Virus record (IMG/VR): IMGVR_UViG_3300036820_000022
Span: 1 to 58,220 of that record
Source of the DNA: a virus
Taxonomy: Duplodnaviria > Caudoviricetes
Direction: 5' to 3' (one strand)
Length of the DNA stretch: 58,220 nt
The notes below the pieces were generated by a model. The model had not been told where the DNA came from. It made no database searches and worked only from the letters and a program-made list of their open reading frames with translations. The position numbers and the translations under genes are program-made. This document shows positions 26,927 through 36,134 of the stretch, one piece after another. The first letter of the stretch is position 1; each line of letters opens with the position of its first letter.

Positions 26927-27031
26927 ATGACCACCCGAACTTTCGCCTTCTACGTCCTCGCCATCGCGCTTGGCGTTATCTTAGCCGCCCTCGCTCTCAA
27001 GCAGATCTGGCACGGGATTCATTTGCAGTGA
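26927..27031 (+). CDS. 34-aa single-TM peptide (not in ORF track)
   Basis: MTTRTFAFYVLAIALGVILAALALKQIWHGIHLQ; abuts the upstream stop and overlaps the next GTG. Confidence 0.55.
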   Translation: MTTRTFAFYVLAIALGVILAALALKQIWHGIHLQ

Positions 27032-27336
27032 AGCGCCCCGCCAAAGTTAAGCGCGGCCGCGCCATCAAGACCGTCACGCTCTCGAATATCGCGCGCCCAA
27101 GCTCGGCGAAGATGAAGCCGCTGTCGTCGCACGCTGCCCCGCACAAAAAGCGCGGCGAGCACAAAGAGCCCAAGGCGAAAGGCAAAACTGCGTCGACGCC
27201 CCGGGCAGCACGCGCACCTCGCGGCCACAAGCACGAGGGCAAAGTCCGGACAGCAAAGGATACGAACATCGAGAAGAAGGCGTCAAAGCCGCGCAACGAG
27301 CCGGCATCGCCTAAGAAGCCGAAGTGGTTTTCGTGA
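27028..27336 (+). CDS. Highly basic Lys/Arg/Pro/Ala-rich (histone H1-like) protein
   Basis: VKRPAKVKRGRAIK...ASPKKPKWFS; coupled GTGA overlaps. Confidence 0.6.
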   Translation: MKRPAKVKRGRAIKTVTLSNIARPSSAKMKPLSSHAAPHKKRGEHKEPKAKGKTASTPRAARAPRGHKHEGKVRTAKDTNIEKKASKPRNEPASPKKPKWFS

Positions 27337-28199
27337 ACGCCGCCGTTCTCAGCATCATCGAGAAGCAGCGCGAAATGTGGCGCCTTCAGAAAGCCGACCG
27401 ACGAGCGCGGCGTTCCGAGGATGCCTGCGCTGCCTGCGCGGTTCGCCAGTGCAGGCCAAGCCGTCGTAAGTGCGAGCAGTGCCTAGAATACGATAATCAA
27501 GCGAAGAAAAACGGACACGCGCGCTTTCTCGCGGCTGGGCTATGCGTTGTCTGCGGTAAAGCTAAACCGCCGACCGGACGTTTAACCTGTGTTAGGTGCT
27601 GCGCTATCTCGACTTCCGACCAAAAGGCTCGGCGCGCCAGACGCGTCGCTCAGGGCGCGTGCTCGCGCTGCGGAGTAGATCGTGACGACCTACGCTTCAA
27701 AGAGTGCGCAACGTGCCGCGAGTTCGGGCGCAATAGGTACACTGAAGCGCTGACCCAAGCTGGAAAGAAGCGGCATGCCGAGATCGTTGCCGAGCGCGTC
27801 GCTATTGGACGCTGCCCTCGCGACGGAGCCAAGCTGGCCGATGGAGCCTGCGCGGCATGCGAAGCAACGCGCCACGAAAAGTATCGACGAGCGCATCGGC
27901 GTAAGCGGCAACTGGCGATGAAGCGTGGGACCTGCACGACGTGCGCGGTGCTCAAGCCGCAGCCAGGATACAAAGTCTGCCGCCGGTGCATCGACCGTAC
28001 GATCGCGCACCAAAAGCGAGTTCGCCAAGCTCGGCCTCGCGTCGAGCGCGGCCCACGTACCCACTGCCGTAACGGCCACCTGTTCGATGACCGGAACACG
28101 CACGTTTACAAAGGGCGCCGACGCTGCCGCGCCTGCGTGGCCGCTGCGGGCGAAAGATACCGAGAGCGTAAGGGGACACGCCAGGCCGTAGCCGCCTAA
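27333..28199 (+). CDS. Tandem CxxC-repeat basic protein with C-terminal THCxxGH...CxxC domain
   Basis: About five GxCxxC..CxxC units, then THCRNGHLFDDRNT..GRRRCRAC (a domain common in phage HNH proteins). Confidence 0.7.
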   Translation: MNAAVLSIIEKQREMWRLQKADRRARRSEDACAACAVRQCRPSRRKCEQCLEYDNQAKKNGHARFLAAGLCVVCGKAKPPTGRLTCVRCCAISTSDQKARRARRVAQGACSRCGVDRDDLRFKECATCREFGRNRYTEALTQAGKKRHAEIVAERVAIGRCPRDGAKLADGACAACEATRHEKYRRAHRRKRQLAMKRGTCTTCAVLKPQPGYKVCRRCIDRTIAHQKRVRQARPRVERGPRTHCRNGHLFDDRNTHVYKGRRRCRACVAAAGERYRERKGTRQAVAA

Positions 28200-28220
28200 G
28201 CTTCCCGTAGAGCGGCCGGG
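28174..28220 (+). promoter_or_regulatory. GGACAC late-promoter-like element (portal)
   Basis: GGACAC 47 nt upstream of ATG 28221; CGTA at offset 32. Confidence 0.6.
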
Positions 28221-30392
28221 ATGGACGAAACCCGGTCTTTGCGCGCTGAAGAGCTCGACGCCACAGAATCCCACCCCTATCTCAAGGTCAGCCAGCCGAC
28301 GCCCTACGAGCCCGACCTGGCCGCGTATGCCGTCGACGAGGCCAACGACCCCTACCGCCGCTTTACCGCATCGGTCGAGTCGGGCGCCACGATTCAGCTC
28401 CGGGTCGCTTGCCGCGACGGGCGCCGCGAGATTCTCGACCTGTCGAACATCGAGGCCCGAGCCTGGATTCGCGATCCGCTCGAAGACCGCACGGCGTTCG
28501 TCAACGCCAAGATTTCCGAGCGCCGGGCGACCGTTGCGCTCAAAGCCGCGCGCCGGCTCACTGCCGCCGGCAAGACCGTCGTCGATAGAAAAGACGTCAA
28601 GCCCGACGAGGAAGCGTTCATGCTCGAGTTCGGGCTCGCGCAAGAAGCGCTCGTTCCGCTGCAGGAAGGCGGCTACGCCAAGAAGCTGCAGCTGCGCGAA
28701 GACAACCTCGGCCGAGCCCGCGCACGTGCAAGCCTACGCGAGGACGGCTTTTGGGATGGCGGATTCGACGATGCTGCCGGCGTCGGCTACGACGCTCCGA
28801 CCGAACGGGAATATCTGCCTCGAGGCGGTCCGATGGGCCAGCAGCAGCTTATCTCCGACATTTGGGATGCCCAAGCGAAAAGTTTCTTCGCCTGGACTCA
28901 CGATCCGGCGGTCCGCTTTGCGATCGAACTGCTCTCCGACTTCACGCTCGGCCGAAGCTTTTCGATTATCGCCGCGTCGGACAAGGTGCAGCCCATCATC
29001 GACGAGTTCGTCAATCGCGAGTTGCTGCCGCAATCGCAGCAGTCGGTCACGCCGTGGGGCCCGGGCCGGATTACGAACCGCCTGCACGATATGGCGACCT
29101 CGCTGTGGCGAGATGGCGAGCTGTTCCTGCGCAAGTTCTCGATGGGCGACGGGCGCATCAAGGTTCGCTCGCTTCCGCCTGAGACGATCTGGGAGATCGT
29201 TACCGACGCCGAGGATCCGCTGGAAGTCTTTTACTATACCCAAAGATACCAAACGCGCGTGATCTTGTTCGCGCCGCCCAATCTCGAACCGGCGAAGGCG
29301 AAATGGATCGAGCGGACGATTGCGCGTGACGAGATGATCCACGTGCTCATCAACGCCAAGGAATCCGACGCGCGCGGCCGCGGCGACCCGTTTGCAAGCC
29401 TCGGCTGGGCCAAGCGGTTGCGCGACTATTTCGATGCGATGATTCAGAAGCAGTTTGCGCAAGCGGCCTATCAGTGGTGGATCCAAGCCGACGGCGGGAC
29501 GGGGGACTTGCAGCGCTTGGCCGGCACGGCGATTCCGTCAGAGAAGCCTCGGCCGGGGTCATATTTTATGACCAACAAGGCCGTCGAGATCAAGTCGATC
29601 AGCAGCGATATCCGCGGCGCCGTCTCGGGCGAAGGCACGGCCTACGACGCGCTGCTTAATCACGTGGCGCTGGCCTTTGGGCTCAACAAGTCTTACTTCG
29701 GCGTCGATTCACACGCCAACCGCGCGACGGCGCTCGTCGCGACCGAGCCGACGGCAAAGCATCTCGAGACGCGCCAGGACCTCATCATCGCCTTCCTGAC
29801 CAAGCTTATGGGCGACGTCATTACCGAAGCGGTGAAGTTCGGGCAAGTGCCCAGCGGCGAAGACCTCAGTTTCAAGGTTCAGCTTCCCTCGATCATCAAG
29901 GCCGATGCGACGACTCGCGGCACGATGATTCGACAAGCCGAAGGCATGGCGTACGTCAGCAAGCAGACCGCCGCGGAGACGTTCTGCGCCGAAGCGGAGA
30001 TCCCGGATTACGATTTCGACGGCGAGCAGCAGAAGATCAAGGACGAGCTCGGCAACGATCAGGACCCGAGCAAGCTCATTCTCAAAGATATGGAAATGGT
30101 CGCGAAGGGCCAGCCCTTGGCCAATCAGGCCGCGTGGGCGCCCGGCGATGTGCCCAATCCAGCATACGCTCCGCCTTCTAACGGTGCTTCGAACGGCCAT
30201 TCGAATGGCGTAGTCGCCAAGCCCACGACTCCCGATCCGCACGACGCGAGCCCAACGTCGGGCGCCGGCGCGGCTGCGATTCGCAACGAGCTCGGGCACG
30301 GCGGACCTGGCGATAAATCGACGATGGCATCTGAGGCTGCGTTTCGCGAGTACGCAAAGAAGCACAATCTCGTCGTGATCTATCCGGACTGA
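28221..30392 (+). CDS. Portal protein
   Basis: Follows terL; DP....IELL.DFTLG, LWRDGELFL, I.EIVTD.ED, MIHV.IN....DARG. Confidence 0.85.
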   Translation: MDETRSLRAEELDATESHPYLKVSQPTPYEPDLAAYAVDEANDPYRRFTASVESGATIQLRVACRDGRREILDLSNIEARAWIRDPLEDRTAFVNAKISERRATVALKAARRLTAAGKTVVDRKDVKPDEEAFMLEFGLAQEALVPLQEGGYAKKLQLREDNLGRARARASLREDGFWDGGFDDAAGVGYDAPTEREYLPRGGPMGQQQLISDIWDAQAKSFFAWTHDPAVRFAIELLSDFTLGRSFSIIAASDKVQPIIDEFVNRELLPQSQQSVTPWGPGRITNRLHDMATSLWRDGELFLRKFSMGDGRIKVRSLPPETIWEIVTDAEDPLEVFYYTQRYQTRVILFAPPNLEPAKAKWIERTIARDEMIHVLINAKESDARGRGDPFASLGWAKRLRDYFDAMIQKQFAQAAYQWWIQADGGTGDLQRLAGTAIPSEKPRPGSYFMTNKAVEIKSISSDIRGAVSGEGTAYDALLNHVALAFGLNKSYFGVDSHANRATALVATEPTAKHLETRQDLIIAFLTKLMGDVITEAVKFGQVPSGEDLSFKVQLPSIIKADATTRGTMIRQAEGMAYVSKQTAAETFCAEAEIPDYDFDGEQQKIKDELGNDQDPSKLILKDMEMVAKGQPLANQAAWAPGDVPNPAYAPPSNGASNGHSNGVVAKPTTPDPHDASPTSGAGAAAIRNELGHGGPGDKSTMASEAAFREYAKKHNLVVIYPD

Positions 30393-30426
30393 AACCTCTT
30401 CCCGGTGCTGAAGGTTAAGTGCCGGG

Positions 30427-30466
30427 CAAAGCGCTCCGATCCACTCTCCGGGGCGCTTTGTCTTTT
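30427..30466 (+). terminator. Intrinsic terminator after portal
   Basis: CAAAGCGCTCCG/CGGGGCGCTTTG stem followed by TCTTTT. Confidence 0.75.
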
Positions 30467-30470
30467 CTGC

Positions 30471-30518
30471 GGACACGAGTAGCCCGAAGGCTTCTCGCTT
30501 CGGCCAAGCCGCGCGGCC
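30471..30518 (+). promoter_or_regulatory. GGACAC late-promoter-like element
   Basis: 48 nt upstream of ATG 30519, immediately after the terminator; CCAA at offset 33. Confidence 0.65.
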
Positions 30519-30926
30519 ATGGCGATTCAAGCGAGAGACCCGCGCACCGACAGCACTTCGAGCCCGCAAACGGGCCAGCAGCACCGCGGCGGCTTTGCCG
30601 ACGTTGCCGGCATCGACTTAGGTAACGGCACCGTCGCGCTCGTCCTGGTAACGGCAACGCGCACGGCGACTACCGTCGATGCAGCCGATTCCTCGACGCA
30701 GCTGCTCGATGCCGATACGACTCGCCTCGCCGCGACGATCCAGAATACGGACACGGTGGAGACGGCATACCTTGGCCTCGGCGTCGATGCGGTCGTGGGC
30801 CAGGGAATCGCGATTGCGCCAAACGGCATCGCAAACGTTCCCGCTAGTAAAGTCGCGGGCGTGATCAACGCCATTTGGACCGGCAGCCCGTCGGGCGACG
30901 CCGCCATTCTGGCGACCACGGCCTAA
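30519..30926 (+). CDS. Probable virion-associated beta-sandwich protein
   Basis: QLL.AD..R..ATIQN......YLG.G......GI.IAP.G pattern. Confidence 0.65.
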   Translation: MAIQARDPRTDSTSSPQTGQQHRGGFADVAGIDLGNGTVALVLVTATRTATTVDAADSSTQLLDADTTRLAATIQNTDTVETAYLGLGVDAVVGQGIAIAPNGIANVPASKVAGVINAIWTGSPSGDAAILATTA

Positions 30927-31183
30927 TGCTGTTTCTCGACTATCTCGCCGGCATCGTGACGGGCGTCGCGCTCGCAGTCTTCGTCGGCATCGTGCGCTTC
31001 GAGTTCGATATTCGGATACCGATGCCGTGGAAGCGTGGCGCTGACAGCGATCGGTCCGATTAAAGTGCCGCGCGCACGCCGTTGGCGTTGCAGTAACGGC
31101 CATATTACGGTGTCGCCGATTCGACCGACGTCGTGCAGCGAGCCAACTTGCACTTCCAAAAAGTTTTCTGAGGATTTTCGCGG

Positions 31184-31510
31184 ATGAAGTTAAACCCATC
31201 GGGCCGTCAGGTTGCGATCGAACCCATGAAGCAGTCCGAAACGACGTTAGGCGGCGTGAATCTTCCGCAGACCGCCGTCAAGTTGCTCAGCGAAGGCAAA
31301 GTGATCGAGCTCGGTCCCAACGTCGATCAAAAGCTGTTTCATAACGGCATCAAAGTCGGTGACCACGTCGCCTTTTCGGCGTATGCTGGAAGCTGGGTGA
31401 AGTTAGCAGTGCGCCGCGACAATCTTTCGCACGACGACAACGTTAAGTTGATCGAAGATACCGACGTGCTGTGCATTCCGACTGAGATCGGCGTTCCCTC
31501 AGCCGCATGA
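31184..31510 (+). CDS. groES: Co-chaperonin GroES (Cpn10) homologue
   Basis: MKLNPSGRQVAIEP..SETTLGGVNLP..A......GKVIELGP...IKVGDHVAFSAYAG...LIEDTDVL. Confidence 0.9.
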   Translation: MKLNPSGRQVAIEPMKQSETTLGGVNLPQTAVKLLSEGKVIELGPNVDQKLFHNGIKVGDHVAFSAYAGSWVKLAVRRDNLSHDDNVKLIEDTDVLCIPTEIGVPSAA

Positions 31511-31803
31511 TCGCCTACGATCCCGAAGATATCATCGAGGAGCAGCAGAACGTCGAGGAGATCGTCGAGCAAATCTTTACGCCAAGCGACTACTCGACGC
31601 CCTATGCGATGATCGCCAAGAAGTCGCTCGAACGCGCGCGCTACCTCGACGAGAATCCCGAACTTTCCAAGGCCGTGAAGAAGATGCTGATCGGCTTTGG
31701 CATCTTCGCTCAGGAGCGCGGCCTAAAACCAAGCGAAATCGAGTGCGACTACAAGATGACCGGCGAGGGCCGGATCGTCATTACGCTGCGCCGCGCGTGG
31801 TAA
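31507..31803 (+). CDS. Hypothetical protein
   Basis: ATGA overlap with groES; good codon usage. Confidence 0.65.
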   Translation: MIAYDPEDIIEEQQNVEEIVEQIFTPSDYSTPYAMIAKKSLERARYLDENPELSKAVKKMLIGFGIFAQERGLKPSEIECDYKMTGEGRIVITLRRAW

Positions 31804-31952
31804 TCGACGCCCAAACCTACATCGGTCGGATGGAAGGCAAGGTCGTCGTCGCGATCTGCGCGCCAGTTCTCGGCCAAGCGCGGCGAGACGGTGAGAACAT
31901 CAAGATCGATGTCCAACCCGTTCTCATCCTCAATGCGATCTCGTCCAACTAG
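31797..31952 (+). CDS. 51-aa hypothetical protein (paralogue A)
   Basis: GTG start; ends ILNAISSN. Confidence 0.45.
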   Translation: MVIDAQTYIGRMEGKVVVAICAPVLGQARRDGENIKIDVQPVLILNAISSN

Positions 31953-31992
31953 GTTCGGGCGCCAGCGTCCTCGCGGCGCTACGATTCCCAAG

Positions 31993-32148
31993 GTGCAGCT
32001 TTCGCCACTCATCGTCGGCTACGAGCTCGTCGGCGGCCGGCTGCAAGTCATCTTCGCCTGGATCGACGTCGCGGCGGTCGATTCGACCAACGGCGTGCGC
32101 CTCGCGATGGTCCCCTCGACCCTGATTTACACGATCTCAGCCAACTAA
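31993..32148 (+). CDS. 51-aa hypothetical protein (paralogue B)
   Basis: GTG start; ends LIYTISAN. Confidence 0.45.
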   Translation: MQLSPLIVGYELVGGRLQVIFAWIDVAAVDSTNGVRLAMVPSTLIYTISAN

Positions 32149-32150
32149 GC

Positions 32151-32198
32151 GGACACGCGGCCCCCGCGCTACGGCAGCCTCGCCGTACAAGCCGGGCC
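32151..32198 (+). promoter_or_regulatory. GGACAC late-promoter-like element (head operon)
   Basis: 48 nt upstream of ATG 32199; CGTA at offset 33. Confidence 0.65.
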
Positions 32199-32504
32199 AT
32201 GAGCGTCTCGACTTCGCAAGTCAATCCGTTGACGACCGGCGACACCCAAGAGGCGATGCCGGCGGTCCATTCAACTTTTCGCAAGAAGTTCGGCATCCCG
32301 CCCAAGGGAACGCCGCCGCCGGGCGGTTGGGCTGACTCCGACTACGGCTTCCCGCTGCCGCCGTCCGATCACCCGCTGGCCTACAAGTTCGCGCGCGCCG
32401 TACTGAACCGCGCTCATCAGGCCACGAACTTCGACCCAGCCGACGTCGCCAAGCAGGTTCGTAAAGCCAAAACCATCGTCGCCAAGCACGATAAGGGCGC
32501 GTAA
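32199..32504 (+). CDS. Hypothetical head-module protein
   Basis: DSDYGFPLP...ARAVLNRAHQ; precedes the protease. Confidence 0.65.
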   Translation: MSVSTSQVNPLTTGDTQEAMPAVHSTFRKKFGIPPKGTPPPGGWADSDYGFPLPPSDHPLAYKFARAVLNRAHQATNFDPADVAKQVRKAKTIVAKHDKGA

Positions 32505-32507
32505 CAC

Positions 32508-33824
32508 TTGTCACGCAGCCTGCTTTCGTACCCTGACAAGTTCGGTGGCGTCACCTCTAACTACGCCTTCCGTGAATCCGTCGTCATCGGCAACTTCGAC
32601 GCTGTCGAAAACGTCGTGCTGCTGCGCGCCGGCCACGGCAATCTCGGTCAGCGCCACTGGTACTCGGCTGCCGCGCTGCAGGATGCCGTCGCACGCGACA
32701 TCTTTGAGGCCGCGCAAGCCTATTTGGATCACCCCTCGACGATCGAAGAGCAAACGCGGCCCGAGCGCTCCGTGCGCGATTTGGCTGGCTGGTACTCCGA
32801 CGTCGAGGTCCGCCCGTACACCGATCCCGAGGTCGGAAAGACGGTCGCGCTGTTCGGTACGTTCCACCCAGCGGTCGGCAAAGACGAGGTCGTCACGATC
32901 GTTCGGACATGCATTGAATACGCAAAAAGGTACCCGAGAATGGCGTGGGCGGGCCTGAGCATCAATGCTTACGGTGACAGCGTCCCTCAGACAATCGACG
33001 GTGAGCAATGGAATGTCGTCGATCGTATAGAGGGAGTCGACTCGGTCGATATCGTCACCAAAGCCGGCGCAGGCGGAACACTTGTTGCGTCTCTCAAGGA
33101 GAGCTATCGAATGAAAACCGGTTCCAAAAGAAAGCCGACCCGCGAAGCCGACGTCAAGTTGACGCTCGACGCCGACGCGATTCGCGATGGCATCAAGAAG
33201 CTGTCCGAGAGCGGCAAAGCCGAACGCAAAGCCGCGATCGTCAAGGTCGTTGAGTCCGCGCAGGGCGGCGTTAAGGTAACGCCCGAGCAAGACGCCGAGA
33301 TCGATCGCCAGTTAGGCGTTGTCGATGGCGGCGCGCTCGATAAAGTGCTCGACGACGCGACCGGCGTCTCGGACGAACCCGACGACGAAGAAGGCGCGAT
33401 CGATCCGCTGAACCCGGCGGCCGCGACCGAAGGCGATGCGGAAGTCGAGGCGATGCCCGACGATCCCAAGTTCCTCAAGGCGCAGCTCAAGAAAGAGCGC
33501 GGCGCGCGCAAGACCGCCGAGAGCAAGGTCGAGACCGCCGAAGAGCGCGCGACCGAAGCCGAGCGCAAAGCCGGGCTGCAAACTCGCGAACGCATGGCCG
33601 AAAACGTGCTCAGTCAACTCGAAATCCCCGACGACTACCGCCCGCGACTTCGCTGGGAGTTAGTCAAGGAAGGCTTTACGCACGAGAAATCGATGCGTGA
33701 GCACGTTAAAGCGTTCGACATGGCTCACATTCGTCGCAACGACGGTGCCGGAGTTGTTTCCGGCTCGCCGACAGGCGGCGGCAGCAAAGTTTCCGCCGAC
33801 AGCTTCACCTTCGAGGAGGCGTAA
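32508..33824 (+). CDS. Prohead protease / scaffold fusion
   Basis: YLDHP...ERSVRDLAG, GLSINA.G, VDSVDIVTKAGAGG, then an acidic/coiled-coil scaffold region. Confidence 0.85.
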   Translation: MSRSLLSYPDKFGGVTSNYAFRESVVIGNFDAVENVVLLRAGHGNLGQRHWYSAAALQDAVARDIFEAAQAYLDHPSTIEEQTRPERSVRDLAGWYSDVEVRPYTDPEVGKTVALFGTFHPAVGKDEVVTIVRTCIEYAKRYPRMAWAGLSINAYGDSVPQTIDGEQWNVVDRIEGVDSVDIVTKAGAGGTLVASLKESYRMKTGSKRKPTREADVKLTLDADAIRDGIKKLSESGKAERKAAIVKVVESAQGGVKVTPEQDAEIDRQLGVVDGGALDKVLDDATGVSDEPDDEEGAIDPLNPAAATEGDAEVEAMPDDPKFLKAQLKKERGARKTAESKVETAEERATEAERKAGLQTRERMAENVLSQLEIPDDYRPRLRWELVKEGFTHEKSMREHVKAFDMAHIRRNDGAGVVSGSPTGGGSKVSADSFTFEEA

Positions 33825-33830
33825 AGCCAG

Positions 33831-34364
33831 ATGGGCACTCTCGTAATCGCAAATCCGAGCCGACCGCGCCGTGCGGTGCGTCCGCTCATCTCGGCCGCAA
33901 TCGATCTGACGGTCGCGTCGGGCGTAATCAATCCCGGCGAGCTCTGTTACCGCAACTCAACGGGCAACGTCGCGTCGCTCAACACCCCTGGCTCGAGCAA
34001 CGCAAACGCCGCCAACGGCGTCGGCATCTCGAACACGCAGTATCCGGTCACGTTCACCGATGGCGTCACCGGTTCGCCGATCCCCAGCAACGACACGCAC
34101 ATCCCGATGGTGTCGCTGTACGAAGACGGCGAACATCTTATGAAGACGACCTCTGGCGACTCGTACAAAGCCTACGACACCGTGTACCTCGGTGCCGACG
34201 GCCGCACGATCTCCAAGACCGCGACTGGCACGGCCGTAGGGTACGTCTCGCCGGATCAGCGGCAGATGGGCAGCAACGCGTCGCAGGCACCATTCCCGAT
34301 CGCCGGCGGTACCGGCGTGCTCGTTTACATCCGCATTCAGCCGGCGCTCGTCAAGGGCAACTAA
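33831..34364 (+). CDS. Head decoration / capsid cement protein
   Basis: Between scaffold and MCP; GELCY...AANGVG...DTVYL..DG..ISKT..G..VG.V pattern. Confidence 0.7.
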   Translation: MGTLVIANPSRPRRAVRPLISAAIDLTVASGVINPGELCYRNSTGNVASLNTPGSSNANAANGVGISNTQYPVTFTDGVTGSPIPSNDTHIPMVSLYEDGEHLMKTTSGDSYKAYDTVYLGADGRTISKTATGTAVGYVSPDQRQMGSNASQAPFPIAGGTGVLVYIRIQPALVKGN

Positions 34365-34386
34365 CGGAGGCATAAGCGCAAATCAC

Positions 34387-35601
34387 ATGGATATCTCTGC
34401 AGTCCGCAAACGGCTGGCCGAAGCCGGAGGCAATCGAGAAGGCGTAGCACGCAGCGTCGCCATCGCCGCGGCGGTCAACCGCGAGAAGTTCGGCGAAAAG
34501 GCGCAGAGCTGGTGCACCCGTTGGGGCCGTCAGTTCCAGCGCGAGCACGGCTACGATGGGCTCAAGCTCATCAATCAGCCCGGCTTCAACTTCAAAGAAG
34601 CCGCACGGCAACTGCGCGACAAGATGGGTTTGCGCGAAGACGTTGCAACGAGCCAGGTGTACGCCTTGGCAACGGGCCTCGTCACGCAAAACCTCTCCAA
34701 CGCCTACGAAGTCGTGCCGACGGTCTACCGCGAAGTCGCCAAGATTCTGAGCTCGACGCGGGCCGAAGAGACGTACTTCCCGCTGCAGGGAGCCAACGTT
34801 CCCAGCCCCGTGGAAGACGACGAGGCGCTCCCGACCTCGAGCCTCGGCGGCAACTTGACGCGGATCCGCAACTACAAGTTCGGCGAAATCCTCGAGCTGT
34901 CCAACACGCTCGAAGAGGACGACCAAACCGGTCAAGTGGCCGAGCAGGCTTCCAATCTCGGCGACAAGATGGCGTACGCCGAAGAGCAGTGGTGGGCGTC
35001 GCAACTCATCACGGCCTACGCGACCGGAAACATTCGCCAGGCCGATGGCGGCAGCGCAGGCGGGATCATCCCGGGCGCGTGCATCGCTGGATCGGCGCCG
35101 GTCGGCTACGGCGGTCCGGTTACCACGGCAGGCATTCCGACGCGCGACGGCATCGCGAACCTCTTCACCGCAGCCGACTACATCACGAACGTGCTGGGAG
35201 ACCTGGCGCTGTTCGAAGTGGACTGCGGCGTCTTCGCCAACGCCGACAAGATCACGGTGAACACGATTCTCAAGTCGGACTTCAATCCGAACACGCCGGC
35301 GAACACGCCCAACACGGTCAACGGCATCTTCGCTCGCAATCAGCTCGAAGATATCTTCGTGGCCAAGTTCACGCGGTTCTTCAAGTTCTTCGCGGGTCAG
35401 ACGCTCTCAGGCGCGGGTAATCCGTGGTTCTTGGGCGAGGCCGGCAAGATCGGCGCGTTCCAGGATCGCACGCCGCTGACGGTGATCATGGAAGTCCCCA
35501 ACGCTGGCGACTCGTTCAACAAGAGCGTGCGTCGGACCAAGTGCGAGCGTCGGTTTGGTGCCGGCGTCGTGATCCCCGAAGCAACTCTGAGGGGGAACTA
35601 A
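34387..35601 (+). CDS. Major capsid protein (HK97 fold, Mu gpT-like)
   Basis: 404 aa, strong codon bias; IRNYKFGEILELS..LEEDDQTG.V, C-terminal RFGAGV. Confidence 0.85.
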   Translation: MDISAVRKRLAEAGGNREGVARSVAIAAAVNREKFGEKAQSWCTRWGRQFQREHGYDGLKLINQPGFNFKEAARQLRDKMGLREDVATSQVYALATGLVTQNLSNAYEVVPTVYREVAKILSSTRAEETYFPLQGANVPSPVEDDEALPTSSLGGNLTRIRNYKFGEILELSNTLEEDDQTGQVAEQASNLGDKMAYAEEQWWASQLITAYATGNIRQADGGSAGGIIPGACIAGSAPVGYGGPVTTAGIPTRDGIANLFTAADYITNVLGDLALFEVDCGVFANADKITVNTILKSDFNPNTPANTPNTVNGIFARNQLEDIFVAKFTRFFKFFAGQTLSGAGNPWFLGEAGKIGAFQDRTPLTVIMEVPNAGDSFNKSVRRTKCERRFGAGVVIPEATLRGN

Positions 35602-35603
35602 AG

Positions 35604-36134
35604 ATGAAAAAGCTTCTCCGCATCGTCCCGGTCGCGCTGCTCGCGATCACGAGCCTTGCGCTGTCGCTCTCGCTGCGCCCGCAGGTAGCGACCGCGCAAA
35701 TCCCTCCTCCGGGTGCGCCGACCTTTTCGCTGACGTCGGCGTGCAGCTCCGATCCATGCGCATCGACCTCCTACGCCTACATTCAGGTTCCCGGCGGGTC
35801 GGCGATGTGCACGTTCAACGTCTACGGCACGTTCGAAGCGACCGGCGTTTACGAGACGACCAACTCGGCGTCGCCGACTTCTGTGCTTGCGCAGTGGCAA
35901 CTCGCCGTCGTGTCTCCCAGCAACAACTGGCTGGCAAACACGGGCTTTTCGACTGCGACCTCTCGAGCGTTTCAAGTGCTGGCGACTTTACCGGCCAGAA
36001 GCGTCTCGTACGTTCGCGTTCGACTGAGCGCCTACACTTCAGGAACGGTCAGCGTTCAGCCGGCTTGCGCCGGTAGGGCCGACAGTATCACGTCGATCCC
36101 CGGCGACACGCCGACGTCTTCGCCCACCCCGTAG
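35604..36134 (+). CDS. Signal-peptide-bearing beta-sandwich protein in the capsid operon
   Basis: MKKLLRIVPVALLAITSLALSLSLRPQVATA; GTFEAT...YVRVRLSAYTSGTVSV. Confidence 0.7.
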   Translation: MKKLLRIVPVALLAITSLALSLSLRPQVATAQIPPPGAPTFSLTSACSSDPCASTSYAYIQVPGGSAMCTFNVYGTFEATGVYETTNSASPTSVLAQWQLAVVSPSNNWLANTGFSTATSRAFQVLATLPARSVSYVRVRLSAYTSGTVSVQPACAGRADSITSIPGDTPTSSPTP

